Source of the DNA: Sphagnum compactum
Lineage: Eukaryota
DNA: 64,000 bases
Assembly: GCA_965153455.1 (NCBI GenBank)
Contig: OZ234493.1
Location: 23,736,213 to 23,800,212, forward strand
Reading direction: 5' to 3'
Positions 48,001-60,262 of the stretch are shown piece by piece. The position numbers and the translations under genes were made by a program. The notes beneath the pieces were generated by a model. It ran no database searches and was not told the origin of the DNA. It saw only the letters and a program-made list of their open reading frames with translations. How positions within the stretch are numbered: position 1 is the first letter of the stretch; each line of letters opens with the position of its first letter.

Positions 48001-51000
48001 AACACCATAGAAGTCATCCTTGAGGTGGCACCGTGTTCCTGATTGGCATCAGTGACAGATGTGCGCTCCTCTACATCCAGTTCAGACTCTTGTGCCATGG
48101 CAGACGTTTGTGATTGAATGTCAATCTCCTTGGTAGCATTAGGTGGAACTATTATCTCTTCTGAAGGGATGTCATGCTTACTACCAAGAGAGTCTGTTTG
48201 CAATCCTGATTGGCAAGTGGACATCTTGTTCTCATGCATTTCCTGGTCATGTTCAGGAGGCATAATGACTTGTGAAGCATCAGGAGAACATGCTGCACTT
48301 TCAGAATGGGTCCCCACAGCATGCAAGTCTTCCTCCATTCCACCAAGAACATCAGGATGAGATTTACTTGGATAGACCAGGGTCTCCTTCATCATTGTGG
48401 CTGCAGTCAACTCCTGGTTAGAATCATGCATACTTCCACTGCTCTGAGCCGAATGACACACTGAATCTGGTGGCAGCACCATAAGCAGAGAATCTGCCTT
48501 CGCAAGGTCTTTGCCTATTCCACGATCCTTGTCAACATCAAGTGTAACTGACTTCCCCTCGAGTGATGTGTGTGAAAGTAACTCCACAGCTTCTTGCTCA
48601 TGAGCAGGCAATGCATCACTGTTGGTATCCACCTCAGTGAAATTCACCAGATTTACAGAAGTATGAAATAAGTCAGAAGAATATAGGACATTATCAGACA
48701 GGAACCCAGTTGGGATTCTTGTCTCCGGGTTCGCTCTGAACTCCTCCAATATATCTTCAAAGGCTGCCTCTGAAGAGATTGCATGAATGGATGCACTTTG
48801 CCTTGAATCTGTAATCTGCAGATCAGCCTTCTTGTCTTGCACATCCCTGATATTATTGGGAGCCTGGTAGATTGAGAAGTCGTTCACTGCACTGACAATG
48901 GGCTCCTCAATATCACCTTCATTCCAACCTTGCTGCTCACAGGCGAGCTCTGAAGAAAATGATTGTAAAGCTTGGAGAGCTAACTTGATTTCATCAGTGT
49001 CTGCACTGTCCAGCTCTTCTTCTCGGAGGTTCTCCACATCCACAACTTTCTCCAAAGGCAAGCAACCCATACCTTGGGTTCTCACCTCAACATCTGGTGT
49101 AACCACCTGCCCCTCTTGCTGCCAAGGAACCACTTGTGCAGAAAGCGATGATATGGAGATTATAGATGCTGAAGTGCATTCTCCTGGATCTGAACTGTGG
49201 AGGGCTTTATGGTTATCCTCAACATTGCTCATTTCCTCTAGGGATGAGCAAGTTGGGTTCTCCTCATCTTGTCTAGAACTTGTCTCTGAGTTGATACCTG
49301 ACACTAAGGATAGCTGTCCCAGTTGTGCATAGTTGAGGCTTGGTGGCAACTTGGGACAAACGACTGAACTTCTCTTCTCTTCTGTATCAGAAGTAGGAAA
49401 TTGCTGGTGGTCATTTTGGACATGATCAACTTCCTTACTATTGCTGTAAGCTGGCAACTCTACAGAGTCTGGAATCTCTGGCCTGGTCAAGACTTCACTT
49501 GCCAATCCTTCTGATATCAATCTCCTGTCAAGGTCTGTGCAGCAAGCAAAACACTTGCTGAGTGTGAGGATTCAAGTTCAAGTCAGGAGTAAGGCTGGGG
49601 CAAATTCAAGGGGAGTACTACTGCCATCAAAAATAATTTTCAACCAGCTACAGAACAACATCTGGAACACCAACTGAGCTATGTGAAACAAAGAACCTGC
49701 TTCATAAACCTGAGAGTCAAACAGCAAAATCTTTCTCATTCTCTCAGCCACAGAGACATTCCCCTTCCGTGCCACAACCTCCATAATCTAAAAATCACAG
49801 TTCTTTCCAAAATTTGATAATCTTCTTCTGCATCTTACAAACACACACAACACAATGGAGAAACCGATACAGCAATACCAGGGTGGACATAGGAAACTGA
49901 CCGGGTTTTGATGGATGAAGAACATCAGTGGATGCAAGGAGAGGGCAACTCTTCTCAGTAGGAACCAACTTCCCTGTTCCTTGAAGCTTCACACTCCGGT
50001 TCTGCTTCGATCGTCCAATCACAACAGAATCCCCCTCCACTCGTTTAGCTGTTGGGATCTCTGTTAAAGAGTGTTCCTTCTCTGCTTTTCTGCTGGTCAT
50101 GTCGAGTTTTCTTGGTGAAAGAACTGAAGTGGATCCAGATCCAGCTCTTGCTCGTGCTGTCTTCTCTTTACCAGGTGGTGTAGAAGTTGTGCATTGTTTC
50201 GCCCCAGGAGATTGCATTGGCTGAGATGGACTACCAGATCGCACACCATTTCTGCCAAGCCCTCCTGAACCCATCCATGGTAATGCACATTAAGGTCAAC
50301 ATTTCCACCACTCTTCTCACTTGAAGGAATAGATTGCAAGGCACTTGTGTACTCTGACACCTCTTTGTAAAAGACTATGATGAGATCAGTCCAGTATTTG
50401 GTCTTTCAAAATCAGCTATGAAATGTGTTTACCATTCTGCAAAATGTCTCAATTTATAAGATGAAATAGCAAGCACCAGTTGAAGTCTTTGTTCAAAGCT
50501 AGTGGGGTTACCTTGAGGTTGCCAAACAACATTCATAGATTTCTCAACAGAAAACAACAGTGAGTGACATTTCTGGACGTCAGCAGCATACCTCGTGCGA
50601 GGAGAAAAGGGTGTTTCTTCTCTTCAACAGGTGGTCCAGTGACCTTCTCATCAGCAGGCGGATTGCCTTGATTGAAATCAATGCCAAGCTGTACAAAATC
50701 GTCTGTACCTCCCAAAGAAGATCTGGATCTCCTTCTTATTACTCGAACATCTTTCACAGCAGGTGACTGTGTACCTTTCTCCCCAGATCCTCCTCCTCCA
50801 CCAGGGCCTGCAGTGGAGCTGGCTACAGATTTTCCAGCTCCATTGCTACCCTTTTCAGGAGAAGCCACATCTTGTTTCCCAAGACGATCAAGACTTCCGG
50901 GAAGAGTTGCAGAAGAAGAAGGTGGGTGGCGATGACTTGTCGTCGTCTTTGAGGGCGTTGTAGTCTTCTTGAGTTTGGAACCTGGGGAAGGATTCCCCAT
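42023..51000 (-). CDS. Very large (~2415 aa) acidic, Ser/Glu-rich, likely disordered protein of unknown function with ten ~50-aa repeats
   Basis: Exons 51000-50592, 50264-49902, 49534-45594, 45321-44952, 44513-43320 (alternative donor after 43221), 42993-42023. All GT-AG and phase-consistent, summing to 7248 nt. Includes a single 3941-nt open exon. Basic N- and C-termini; C-terminal RTPLRSLLAED...KKKPSAWNICLG. Confidence 0.8.
44497..44671. repeat. Three ~56-62-bp tandem copies spanning the exon 5 splice acceptor of the large gene
   Basis: Units start at 44497, 44554 and 44610 (TCTGAGAGATAAAGGACCTGCAAAGAGACAATG...). Confidence 0.75.
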
Positions 51001-52165
51001 CTTTTTCCGCCACGAAGGAATGCTGCACCGTTATGTCAGCAATTGCTACAAGCTGCCTAGCAAACCACCTGGACTTCTGGTTGCAACCTGCAGCTGTAGT
51101 CCCCGCGTGTGAGTCGGTCGACTCCTCAGACCAGCAGCATGTATCACATCTCACTTCTCAGTGAAAAGAGCTCGCTCTCGAGTTGATACAGCTCTGGAGA
51201 GTGTCCGTAAGAGAAGGTGGCTGGAAAGAAACTCTGTTGCTGTTGATGCACGATCCTCGGTGACTCATCTGAAGCCAGACAGAGACAAACAAACGTCAAC
51301 CAAAGCTCAAGAGGCGTGAGTTCTTGAACAGCATTCATGCAGTTTTCACCAAAAGTGATAGTGGTTCCATTCGGCTCTTGTTTGCTTCAGTATCATCTGA
51401 TTATCACCACCGCCTACAACAATTTCCGAACCTTTCCCGGACACTTTGGAGCAGTTCATGAATACACAAACACCCAGTACCCACAAGGGATCTGCTGAAA
51501 AGAAAGGAAAGAGAAAGAGGAGGAAACAAAGCGCTCGAAACGTGATTTTCGCAAGCGGAAGAACACCCAAGAGTCGAAGAGAACATGATATCGATGGTGA
51601 TACAAAGAAGTTAGACGGTGCTTCGCCACAATACAGTAATAGCAGCAGCATTGTTCTCGAAACCGAAAAGACATTGCCAGCAGTGCGAAAAGCAGAGCAG
51701 GAGTCACCACTGCCAAGCCGAACCTCTGCTCACAAACAGCATGCTAAAAGCATGCATCGACCAAGAAAACAGAGCTCCGAACAATTCATAAAAGAACGAC
51801 AAAAGAGACCTCTGACTACTCCCCTTTGGAGCGCGCTCACCTCCAGCGTTTCTTCAAGAGTCAGTCGCTGCTTCAACAAGCCTACTTCCCCTCACAAAGC
51901 AAAGAGATTGTGGCCAGCGCCCGATTCAGCTGCACAATCCAAGTTCAACAACCATCAACATTATTACAGTCGTAATAAGCTCTTGAAGAAGAGCTGCAAC
52001 AAAAGAAAAATTGTGTCCTCCACGACTTAACAGCTAAGCCCAAAACATCAACACACACAATACAACACAAATGCGCTTTGATGTATTATCGCATTTCAGA
52101 CGGTCGATCACTGCTACACAAATGCAACATCAACATCAAAAGCGAGAACAACAACAAAAGCTAAA

Positions 52166-52168
<3 letters not shown>

Positions 52169-52207
<39 letters not shown>

Positions 52208-52332
52208 GCGCCATGACCCCACTGCCTTTAAGATCATCACTGCTGCACAAATGCAAAAACAACGTAGAAATGCGAGAAAGGACTACGACGTTAACTACAT
52301 TTGCATGCACGAAAGCTATCGCTATTGCTCTC

Positions 52333-52372
<40 letters not shown>

Positions 52373-52671
52373 CAACAAGAAGGGAAAACAAAACAAAACA
52401 AACACCCATTAAAAAACAGAATGTCAGAACTCGCAAAATCACTTGCACGAAACCACATACCTTAGAATCTCGTGAAACTTGGAATAGAGAATGACTCTAG
52501 ATTTCAACTTCACTTACCAAAGAACACGAGATAATAGTAACGATTTCACAAACAACAGGATTGTAAGCTGGTTTCACAATCTCTCTCTCGTGTATGTATG
52601 TGTGTGTATGTGTGTGTGTCTGTCTCTCTGTCTCTATTTCTGTATTGGTGTGTTTGTGTGTGTGTGTGTGT

Positions 52672-52717
<46 letters not shown>

Positions 52718-53192
52718 GTGTCTCTCTTGTATGTGTCCGTGTCTTCGTCTGTTCCGACTCGTTGGTGAAATGTTTGGCTGCAAATAAGTGTGCGGTGTGT
52801 TTGTTTGGCACAAGACAACAATGCACCTGAAATTTTGCAGGAGGATGCTGCTGTTATTTTCTTGGCGGAGAAGAGCATGGAAGGAAAGGGGCTGCTGGCT
52901 CGATTGCGTTTACAACGGAACAGCAGCAGCAACAGCTGCTTGTCTGACAGGACTGACAAGACTCACTGACACAAGTGTTGCAGCAAATATGGCGGGATTG
53001 TTGGAAGAAGAAGAAGAAGAAGGGTTTTCTTTCCCCATCTGCTGCAGCAGCTCCTGCAATAAACAAATGCAAATTGCAATGCAACTGTGGTGTGGGATTT
53101 GTGTTTTGTTTAGTCTTTTGTTGCTGTTACAGGAAAAAAGCTTGCGCAGCACAAGAAGAAGAAGAAGACGGAGTAGAAGAAGAAGAAGAAGA
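52169..53192. repeat. Microsatellite cluster in the 5' region of the large gene
   Basis: (AC)18 52169-52204, (GA)15 52336-52365, (TG)10 52655-52674, (TC)19 52675-52712, (GAA)n at ~53005 and ~53155-53192. Confidence 0.9.
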
Positions 53193-55022
53193 AGCAGTCG
53201 ATACATTTTTTATTAAAAAACCTCAAATTAACTTAACCTTTTGCAAAAACAAAAATTAATTAGGTAGAGACTAGAGACTAAAAACAAAAATTAAAAAAAT
53301 TAAAAAAATTTAAGTGTGTTATAAATAAATTAATCAAACTTTCACAAGAAACACACAAAAAATTCAATTTTCATTTAAAATTTAATAAGGTAAGCTGCTA
53401 CTAACTTTCTTCCACATTTTGGATATTGTGGTTCCCTATTTGTAGTATTAAAGTTACCCAATTTGCATACCTTAGTACCTTACCAACTTCAACCCATCTA
53501 TTAATTTATTAATTAATTTTAAAATTTTCATTTCAACAAATGGAATATTTTCTTTCCAAAAAAAAATTAGTCACAAATTTTGACATTTCAAAAATCTAAA
53601 AAAATAATATAATTAAAATTTTCAAGTTGTTGTCAAGGTAGTATGGGAATATATATGTTCCTTGCACTTTTAAGTGACCTTGGGTGAACAAGTAACCTAC
53701 ATTGATTATATAACACCAAGATGGGTTATTAAGGGTAAAAATAATAAATAAATAAATAAATAATGTTATTTTAAAGTAGAAAGATGAACAAACATGAAAA
53801 TAAGTAATTCAACTTGGGGACCTTACCTTGAAAATAATTGATTAAGGACATAAGCTTGAATTTATGAATAATTTAATTAAGTATTTTGAGTTAAACATAA
53901 TTTAAATGAATTATTTAAACTTGACTAGATCTTAGAGGGAAAAAATCAAATAATTGGATGATTTGTTCATTAGAATTATTTTTTTAGAAGGATAACATGT
54001 GACATAATATTAATTGATTTGTAAGTGATGAATGAGATTGATTAATAGATGTAGACGAATGGGAAAAAAAATCTATTGATTCATTTTTTTAAATATACAA
54101 CGGGGTTGTGAATGGAGCTTTTAGCTCATATTCTTATTTCCATAATTTCATGTTGTTGATGTGTTTAGCATTGGGATAAGTTTTTTTTGTGTAACAAACC
54201 TACATTGCAATAATATTTATATGTCATTTTAATTACGAAAACATTCACAAACGTAAACATACATGTTTGTTTTTGGTGAGTGATCCCCATAAAAGAAAGT
54301 CCTTAATGTGTGTGACAAACTCTATAATAAATAGATGTAACTCACATAAGGATCAACTTTTAAACATGTGAATGATCTTAACACAAAATATGTAAGTTTG
54401 ATTTCTTGTATTTTTGAATGTTTTATATATTGTGTGAATGTTATGTGGGACTTTAGTAATGCAACTTACCTATGTGATAATATGGACACATTCAAAATTA
54501 ATTATTGTAAATCCAAACCTTTCTTAGGCTATAGACTCATTGAAAAAACCTCCAATTCTTTTCCCCCTCAAATATTAAACATAACATTCCAACCTTAAAC
54601 TAAATACATATATCACATTTCCCAAGTGAAAAATATAACCATTATGAAGTTGCAAGCCTCATAACACCTAAGAGTGGGAAGATTCTTAAGTTTACTCCTT
54701 TCAGCTCATTTCCCATTTTCAACCAACTTGTGAAAACTAGGAGAACACGAGGATTGGCCTTTGCAACGAAGCTTGTCAGCTTACAAAGAGTGTGTACCTA
54801 CTACTACAAACTTCTTCATCATAACAACAACCTCGGCCCAACACCTGCTTTGTTAGTTGGGGAACTCCCAAGCGCCATATCCCCCAACCTGGGCTGATGA
54901 CATATTTAGGTTTCACGGAAATCCCATGGTGGTGGGGGCATTTGTCTCACAGGCAATAGTAGCGAATCTCAAGTTTGGTTGCGATCAATTTCAGCCATCC
55001 GAGAGCTGAGGAGCTCCTTGGT

Positions 55023-55236
55023 AGGCAAGGATATTGTGTTTAGATTCATTATAGAGTATAGTAGCTTAAGGGATTTTTATAGGTCCCTAGGTAATAATAA
55101 TAATAATAGGTCTATTTTTATACGAGGATTTTTGAAAGACGATATTTTGGCTTGTGTTGAAAACTTGAGATTAATTATAGAGTTGTAATGTCTTGAAGGA
55201 TTTTGATTTCTTTTTTTAGAGGATTTTTTGAAGATT
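55023..55236 (+). repeat. ~210-bp direct repeat, copy 1
   Basis: AGGCAAGGATATTGTGTTTAGATTC...TTTAGAGGATTTTTTGAAGATT; aligns by eye with 58842-59052. Confidence 0.9.
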
Positions 55237-58084
55237 CATCATCCCTTGGTGACCCATTACGATTCAGTTGTGAATGAACCGTTCACAAATGAGTTACCAA
55301 GGTTTCCACTTGGGTAACAAATCTGTAGTCTAAACCCTCTAGATTCCCCCCTTCCCCTACCTAGGTAACTCTCCATGTAAGTGGGTAAGTACTAAGTAAC
55401 ATGAGTAAGTGCGTAAAGAATGCAAGCAATTAACAATTTTTTATTAATTAAGGCACACTTTGTGGGTATTAGGTAGGTAGGTAGATGCATGTGAATGCTT
55501 AGTCTATAGCCAACCATTATGGTTAACTATGGTATGGTTAACTATGATACAAGAGTCAAACCTCATCTTGCCATAACCTTATAGTCCCGAGGATCTCAAG
55601 GTCTTGATTGGTTGCCCACTTGTTGTTCACCAAGAATAACTTCTCACCCTTCTTTCTCCATGTGTACATCATCTAAACAAGACATCGGACCAGAGTTTTT
55701 TTTTATCTATTTGAGAGGAGCATTCGACGACATTGATCCATTGTAGGAGGTAATGTTGTCACTCTCAAACCTCAATAGCAGATTATGGTAACCATGGCTG
55801 GTTACCTAGTCCATAAGTTATGAGCCTGGGCCTTGCTTTCTTATGAGGGTTTGTTTCATCATAAAAAGAAAACATCTCTTTGGGTCATTCATTATTAGTA
55901 GGTGCGCAACATTCCAAGTGCACAAAACCATCACATGCCACAATGAACTATGATTCATTGGAGCACAAAATAGTGTGAGAGAATAATTTGGTGGCAAAAA
56001 TTAGCTAGCAAATTCTCTTGATGCACCTGACTTGTTTTGATTTTGAAAAAAACACCCGTTTTGTTCATAGTTTTGGTTGCACGGAAGAACATAATTCCAG
56101 CACACGGAAGCTGTCCAGAGCTCATGCAACATTACCGATGAGTGGGAAGAGTGAAATCAGATTAGATTGAGAGACTGATTGATAGGTTGGTGGTGTAAAT
56201 GCTCACCATTTTGATGAGCATATGAGAGAGAGAGAGAGAGAGTGAGAGGCCATTCAGGGACTGGAATCAATCAGTTTTCATGTAAGTACAAGTTCCATGT
56301 TCCTGAGAAAGAACAAAAGTAAATAGATACTAGATGATGGATAGGTAGTAGATGCCCTTTCGGATCCCTGGCAGCTTCCAATCCCATCTGTTGCAATCAA
56401 TTTGTGGGACCCATTTCAACATCCCCACTTTCAGTGGTATCGGCAAGCCGTGAAATTTTATTAAATCTCAGTATGAAATGCTGAAACTCAAGCATTCAAT
56501 GCACAGAGACTAATCTAAATAGGTGTACAGGGAGGAGCACTGAAAATATATACGTAGCAGCAGTGGAGGCGCTCAACAAAAAGGAGAGACAGGATGAAAC
56601 TCAGTTTACCACCAAATTTGATGGTTTTTTTTTTTTAGTTTCACCCTCATTGAATCCTAATGTACTTTTTTCAGGTTTTTAAAAAATCTCACCCCATGTA
56701 TGACCAAACTCAGGGTTGTGGTGCTGTGTTTTGCTTACTTTATTATCGATGACTCTACTATCATCATAAGAACAAGTATATATATTTTTCTAGTTTATTT
56801 TATGTGAAATCCTCCTTTCCTTCAGGCAAATCTCTGCCACAATCAAAGATGGCACCTTTCATTCACTTAAAGCTCATTAAAAACACTAACAAATTCTCAC
56901 CTCCCGCCAATCTATTGGTTTTGCTTTGAGAATGAATGAAAGAAAAGATACTTGTTCATTGTTGGCAAGGGTGGAAATTTATGTGGGCTCTTTTGTTGGG
57001 AGTGAGGGGAACACAAGAGAGTGTGGATCATTGCTCTCACAAAGCACCCAAACAAGTACAAATGATAAAAAGCAGACAAAGATTATGAACTTCTTTCCTT
57101 TGTTGAAAAAACAATGTACTTACATTTATTTAAACTGCTGGTGGGAAATTCAGTCGACGTTCCAATCATCACCTAAGATCGAATGTGTAAAACTTTGGCC
57201 AAAACCACTTGATACCGCTGACAAATGCTGAGTACTTGATCCCCTCTTTTCCCTAGAAGAAAGATAGACACACATTCTAATTGCCAGAGAAAGGGTAATG
57301 TTGATTCTTCTGCTCTAACAGGATGGGGTATTTCTTTTGGTGGTAGTCCATGCTTGACACTTGGATGTGTGATTGTGGCACATATTACAACTATGGTAAA
57401 CACCTCATACACTTTACAATAATGTGTATGAAACCACAAATTCCTGTTGCGGATGTGCCATAAATTATAGTTATATCAAATTGAATCAAATTTCCATACA
57501 ACACAATATAGAAAACTAATCTCCTCCCATAAAAGAGAGAGACAGTATTATATAGCTTAGAACAAGAAGATCCCAAACACCTGAAGGCATCTGGACTCTG
57601 GAGTCTATGCATCTGACCTCCTCATAACAACAGAAGTCCAAGAGACAATACCACCAAATTGTCCAAGAGAGGATAGAAGAAACATACGATTGAGTGAGTG
57701 GATAACTGCAAAGGGAAACCTCTCAAAGGCCCCTGTAAAACTCAGAAGTCAGTACTGAAGACCAGCTGGTAGTAGGTAGACGAAACTGAGGCTCCTGAGT
57801 CCTGACTCAGAAAACAAATCAGATTCTTCCTCTAGTCCTGGGGATGTGTGTACCCAAGTCCTCACTCAACTTTCTGGACCAATTCAGGAGAGCCCCAAAG
57901 GTGGGGCACAAATCCACCTGCAGCATCCAAACATACTTTACTTACACACAGAAAGTAGCTTAGCTGCTTAGATACTAGGCTGAAGACTCTGCAACACACA
58001 AGGACTGCAACAACAACCTTCCAACAACCTTTCCTACTCTTATTATGCCAGAAAACCAAGCTGAAGTACTTGAACAGCTAATGA

Positions 58085-58561
58085 TTACTCACAAACCCCA
58101 ATTATGATTTCCTTTTGCAAACCCATTAACCCAATTTTTTATGACATACTTCTGCAAAACCCATTTACTCATTAAACTTAGTTTATGATACATGTTTGTA
58201 AATGCCTTTACTCACAAAACCCAATTAAGATATACATTTTCGGAGCCATGTTTACTCACAAACCCAATTATGGTATACTTTTTGCAAAGCTCCCTTTACT
58301 CACACAAACCCAATTATCATATCCTGCAAAGAAACTTTACTGACAAATCCCAATTATGTTGCCCTACACTTGGAAATGAAATCCATCACTCACAAAAACC
58401 CAATTATGACTTGAATTTTCCAAGGCTCATTTAATACTCTTACAAAACCCAATTCCTGTATCCTTTTGCTTTAGCCATCACTGACAGAAATCCAATTATG
58501 ATATCCTTTTTGCCAAAGCCCATTTATTCACAAGTACCCAATTAACTGTATTTGCAAAGCC
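58085..58561. repeat. Degenerate ~44-bp minisatellite, ~11 units
   Basis: Core TTACTCACAAAACCCAATTATG at ~58085, 58126 (partial), 58165, 58209, 58252, 58296, 58337, 58387, 58434, 58478, 58523, each followed by a variable half often ending TTTGCAAA(G)CC. Confidence 0.8.
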
Positions 58562-58841
58562 TGACACTCCAAGAGATTTTATTACTACAAAACCAAAGAT
58601 TGAAAGACCCGTTGAGACTGAAGGAAATTGCATTTATGTGTTCAGAGTTCAAACTTTTAAGACAAAGTAAAGGAGTAACTGATTAAAACTCCAACAGATA
58701 TATTCCTTCAATGCAAGGCTTCCTCCTTTATTACTTTGGGTTCCTAGTTCTTCTCTCCCTATAGCTATCATATTAGCAATAATACATAAGGACAACCTTT
58801 TCTTTGGCCTTGCATTGAACCCTAAACCCTAAACCCTACCA

Positions 58842-59052
58842 AGGCAAGGATATTGTGTTTAGATTCAGTATAGAGTATGGTAGCTTAAGGGATTTTGGCC
58901 CCTAGGTAATAATAATAATAGGTCTATTTTTATATGAGGGTTTTTGAAAGATGATATTTTTTGGATTGTGTTGAAACTTGAGATTAGTTATAGAGTTATA
59001 ATATCTTCAAGGATTTTGGTTTCTTTTTTTAGAGGAATTTTTTTTTAAGATT
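58842..59052 (+). repeat. ~210-bp direct repeat, copy 2, preceded by (AACCCTA)3 at 58818-58838
   Basis: Same sequence as 55023-55236 with scattered substitutions and indels. Confidence 0.9.
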
Positions 59053-59954
59053 ATATTTTTGCATGGTGAAATATATTTGAGTTTTTTCCTTAATTCTTCT
59101 TTTGCCTTAAAATACTTTTTAATGTAAATGGCAAGGCCACAGTGTGACACACCTCTTTTTGAACCATATTCAATGTCTGGAACTTGGGTCTTTGGATGTT
59201 GAGACCTGGGTAGGTAGTAGGTACTCCAAAAAAAACCCCCCAAAAAAAGCATAAATTGTGAAAATTTTCATTTAATGCTAATGTACATGCAATTATTAAG
59301 GACTCTTTATTTTCAAATTTACAAGTTGATCTCCAGACTTGTAGAGTTTGACTACTATTTTACAAATGCTAATATACTTAAACCCAATGCCACACACCAA
59401 ATTGAAAGATGGCAATTGCCTTTCACCTTGTCAAATGATACTAAACTTTAAGGGCTACAATATTTGCATGATTTAGGCCTTAAACCAAAACCATTCTTTT
59501 GAGAGCAAGTACAATGTTGGGTCCATGAAAGGACTTGTAATGGCAAAGTATAGATGTATAGATGAGTGTTGGGTGGTTCTGGGTAAGGGTAAAGTGAACT
59601 TAACCCTGACTTGACCCATGATTCAATAATTGGAACTAAACCCTAACCTAGGATCCACCTATTTACAGGATTGTGGTTTGAAGTTTGAACCAGGAACCCT
59701 AGAATGAGTATTTCACCTTTTCTTTTTTGGTCTAGAATTGTGAATAACAAATTGATTTTTTCGACAATGTTTTGGTTGTTAGGGTTTAGTGGTCATAGTC
59801 ATAGTCTCTTGGCTTATGCTCATGTAGACACTTGGCTTATGCTAGAGTTTTCATTCAACAATTCGGAGCTTTAGATTCACAATACTAATAAGAAAAATAT
59901 TGTTTTGACAAGAACCTTAACATACAGGAAGTGTAAGTTAATGGGGACTTAGTT

Positions 59955-60262
59955 CCCCTCTTGATAGTTCTATCGCATCTTGGTCATGCACAAAATTGAA
60001 CAATAGTCCAAGCTTCCCCTCTTGGTAGTTTTAGCACAACTTGGTGGTAAAAGAAAATTGAACATGTGCACTTGCATTGTTGAATCAAGAAATAGTAATC
60101 AAGACTTTCTCTCTTGGTAGTTCATTCTATCATAACTTGGTGGTGCATAGAAATGAATGCGTGCACTTGCATTATTGAAGTGAGAAATAGTAGCTAGGCC
60201 TTCCAAGCTATGCACAAACATGAATGTGTGCACTTGCATTATTGAAGTAAAAATAGTAGTAA
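59955..60262. repeat. Degenerate tandem repeat with units of ~60-95 bp
   Basis: CTCTTG(G/A)TAGTT...CTTGGT and GTGCACTTGCATT(G/A)TTGAA...AAATAGTA each recur three times. Confidence 0.65.

Noticed and set aside
42111-49332. Numerous plus-strand ORFs rich in Ser
   Set aside because: Antisense shadows of the Glu/Asp-rich giant gene.
51446-53259. ORFs of 80-194 aa upstream of the giant gene
   Set aside because: Driven by microsatellites and biased composition in a UTR/promoter region; no recognisable domains.
54894-55010. C/D-box snoRNA (CTGATGA...CTGA)
   Set aside because: Imperfect C box, no clear terminal stem or rRNA-complementary guide.
56352-56463. Small heat-shock protein N-terminus (LWDPFQ)
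   Set aside because: Only a short motif; no alpha-crystallin domain follows.
57586-57616. miRNA precursor (GCATCTGGACTCTGGAGTCTATGC hairpin)
   Set aside because: Stem far too short and no exact match to a conserved miRNA that I can recognise.
58085-58561. CRISPR array
   Set aside because: Eukaryotic context, no cas genes, degenerate repeats, and the spacers resemble one another.
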